DNA of 64,000 bases from the human T2T-CHM13v2.0 reference genome, Homo sapiens. This document shows, in pieces, positions 56,798 to 64,000 of the stretch. Position 1 is the first letter of the stretch. The number at the start of each line of letters is the position of its first letter. The notes beneath the pieces were generated by a model. That model ran no database searches, had not been told where the DNA came from, and worked only from the letters and a program-made list of their open reading frames with translations. Made by a program: the position numbers and the translations under genes. Where the stretch lies: assembly GCF_009914755.1 (NCBI RefSeq), contig NC_060926.1. One strand, given 5' to 3'.

Positions 56798-58559
56798 TCA
56801 CTTTGGAGCTCTCTTTTTCCTAAACTTGGATTCTTAAAATGTTTCTAAGCTAGCAGTTTTGTAAGAACTTTTTTCCTTAAAAATCTGGCACATTTAAAGT
56901 ATTGGAAATTCTGGGCTTTTAAAAATATTGGGATTATACCAGTGCTTATTTTTCTCTATAAACTAGTCAGAACAGAGGCCCTTTAATTAGAGATACTATA
57001 GTGGGATTTATTAATACACTCCAGAAGTAGGGAAATATTTCATATTTACAAAGGGAGACATAAAGCCTGTTCTAAGTTACAGACACACAGACACATAAAG
57101 AGGTTATTGCTTCTGTCTTACAACTTCAATCTCAGGTCAAAAGTAAACACAAAACCACAAAAATTCACCAGTTCTTCTGCTTGAGCGGCCTTTATGTTAA
57201 AACAAACAAACAAAACCTTACTAGCCCACATCTCAAATAGCTGTCCTCCTTCCCTCTCAGTGGACACAAAAGTAATTAATTAATTTGAGCTCACAAACAA
57301 TAAACAAAAAGACTTACAAACTCGCTTCTCTGTCACCTCTCTTATTTATTTATTTGAACCCCTGGCCTCAAGTAATCCTCCCACCTCAGCCCCGAGTGGT
57401 TGCGATTACAGGTTTGAGCCACTGCACCTATCTACCTCTCTACCAATGAGACTAGACGTCCATCATCCAACAGATACCACCAAATGGTTAGACCACAAAA
57501 CCAAACTCCCAATCATTGCTGCTATCAATGTATCAGTAATGTATAAGTTATACCTGAATAACTTATCAGGAATGTACAAATCAGAAATGAAAACACAATC
57601 TTTAAAAATCAATTATAAAGGAAAAATATATAACCACTTGGGTTTTCTGTAAGAGCAAATAAAAAACATGCCTGGCCTTAAACAACCCATGATGTATACA
57701 TTTCTTTCGCCAGATAGTTTGATTCATCACATAAATCCAGTTGGGCATCTCTGTGGAAACTTAAGATTTCCAATAATATAGTATAATTATCAAAAACCTA
57801 AAATCATGTCTCTAATGTGAACATAAAATATATACATGTCAAACTTTTATTCAACTCATTGGTTAGTGAGGGAACCGATGACTTTAAAACCAATACAGAA
57901 TATTAGAGAAGCTAGGCATATGTTAATAAAGAAATGTTAGGACAGAATGCAGGGTTAGATACAAAACTGACTAATGTGTTGCAGAACAATAAATCATAAC
58001 CTGTGTTGGTATCTGGTACAACAAAAAATTATTTGCATCTCTACCAAACCAAAATCTCTACCAAAGTTAACCTTTGCCCCTACAGAATTGTAAAACAGCC
58101 CAGTCAATATAATAAAGTCAAGTCCAGAGCAGCACTGAAAGAGCATCCAGTAAATAAATCTCTTTTGCCTATTTCCAAGTTTTAGTCATTTTTTCCACAG
58201 AAATGAGATATTGCAAATATTGCACGGGACATAGATGCACTAAAAAACTATTAATTCATCTGAAGTTCATACTGTATTTTATCCGGCAACCCTAACCACG
58301 AGTTAACCAAAACTTTACCAAGTCTGTACAGTTCTTTTGCCAACACGGTATCTCTTAAATCTGTTCCTTAGCTTCATCTTTCCCTAGATAATAAATATCA
58401 TATTAAGCGCTGTTTCTATTGCACGACTATTCTTCATATTTACCACTGGAGGGCGCACAGAACTCGTAGTATACTAGATAAGAGGTCATGAAGAAACCAC
58501 CTGAGCGTTTCTGCATCTCAACCACAAGAGGCCAGTACAGGAACCTCAGATTTTGCAAC

Positions 58560-63357
<4,798 letters not shown>

Positions 63358-63378
63358 TCAACCTGATTTCACATAACA

Positions 63379-64000
63379 ATGTGTGGCATTTGTTGTTCTG
63401 TAAACTTTTCTGCTGAGCATTTCAGTCAAGATTTAAAAGAGGACTTACTATATAATCTTAAACAGCGGGGACCCAATAGTAGTAAACAATTGTTAAAGTC
63501 TGATGTTAACTACCAGTGTTTATTTTCTGCTCACGTCCTACACTTGAGGGGTGTTTTGACTACCCAGCCTGTGGAAGATGAAAGAGGCAATGTGTTTCTA
63601 TGGAATGGAGAAATTTTTAGTGGAATAAAGGTTGAAGCTGAAGAGAATGACACTCAAATTTTGTTTAATTATCTTTCCTCCTGTAAGAATGAATCTGAGA
63701 TTTTGTCACTCTTCTCAGAAGTACAAGGTCCCTGGTCATTTATATATTATCAAGCATCTAGTCATTATTTATGGTTTGGTAGGGATTTTTTTGGTCGCCG
63801 TAGCTTGCTTTGGCATTTTAGTAATTTGGGCAAGAGTTTCTGCCTCTCTTCAGTTGGCACCCAAACATCTGGATTGGCAAATCAGTGGCAAGAAGTTCCA
63901 GCATCTGGACTTTTCAGAATTGATCTTAAGTCTACTGTCATTTCCAGATGCATTATTTTACAACTGTATCCTTGGAAATATATTTCTAGGGAGAATATTA
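63379..64000 (+). CDS. ASNSD1: Asparagine synthetase domain-containing protein 1, N-terminal 207 codons (3'-partial); class II glutamine amidotransferase (Ntn) domain
   Basis: Open from ATG 63379 (A at -3) to the window end: [35 protein letters not shown]...HVLHLRG...QP...FLWNGEIF...QGPWSFIYY...[11 protein letters not shown]. Carries the Met-Cys-Gly-Ile start, RGP, NGEI and RDxxG motifs of asparagine synthetase B GATase domains. Confidence 0.96.
   Translation, partial: MCGICCSVNFSAEHFSQDLKEDLLYNLKQRGPNSSKQLLKSDVNYQCLFSAHVLHLRGVLTTQPVEDERGNVFLWNGEIFSGIKVEAEENDTQILFNYLSSCKNESEILSLFSEVQGPWSFIYYQASSHYLWFGRDFFGRRSLLWHFSNLGKSFCLSSVGTQTSGLANQWQEVPASGLFRIDLKSTVISRCIILQLYPWKYISRENI

Overview
Hominoid (almost certainly human) AT-rich, repeat-dense genomic DNA. 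The gene content matches the chr2q32.2 interval just upstream of ASNSD1; from recall, SLC40A1 lies beyond the left end and is not visible here. The last ~5.5 kb hold a CpG-island promoter and the first four exons of a bicistronic transcript. A spliced 96-codon upstream ORF (ASDURF, a prefoldin-like microprotein) ends 21 nt before the ATG of ASNSD1, whose CDS runs off the window. The ORF track shows neither CDS correctly. The upstream 58 kb is mostly Alu, L1, L2, MIR, LTR and DNA-transposon sequence, including an SVA nested in an L1 and a solo LTR12. Less ordinary items: a ~98%-identical 385-bp inverted duplication with a templated-insertion junction, an ectopic ~2-monomer alpha-satellite island, an intron-retaining DNAJB5-like pseudogene, a poly(A)-less L1 fragment with a 16-bp flanking direct repeat, and splice-site-bounded exon-like segments on the minus strand (26-37 kb) that may be the remains of an anciently lost gene. 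Repeat family names come from recognising consensus motifs, not from a database search, and their boundaries are approximate.
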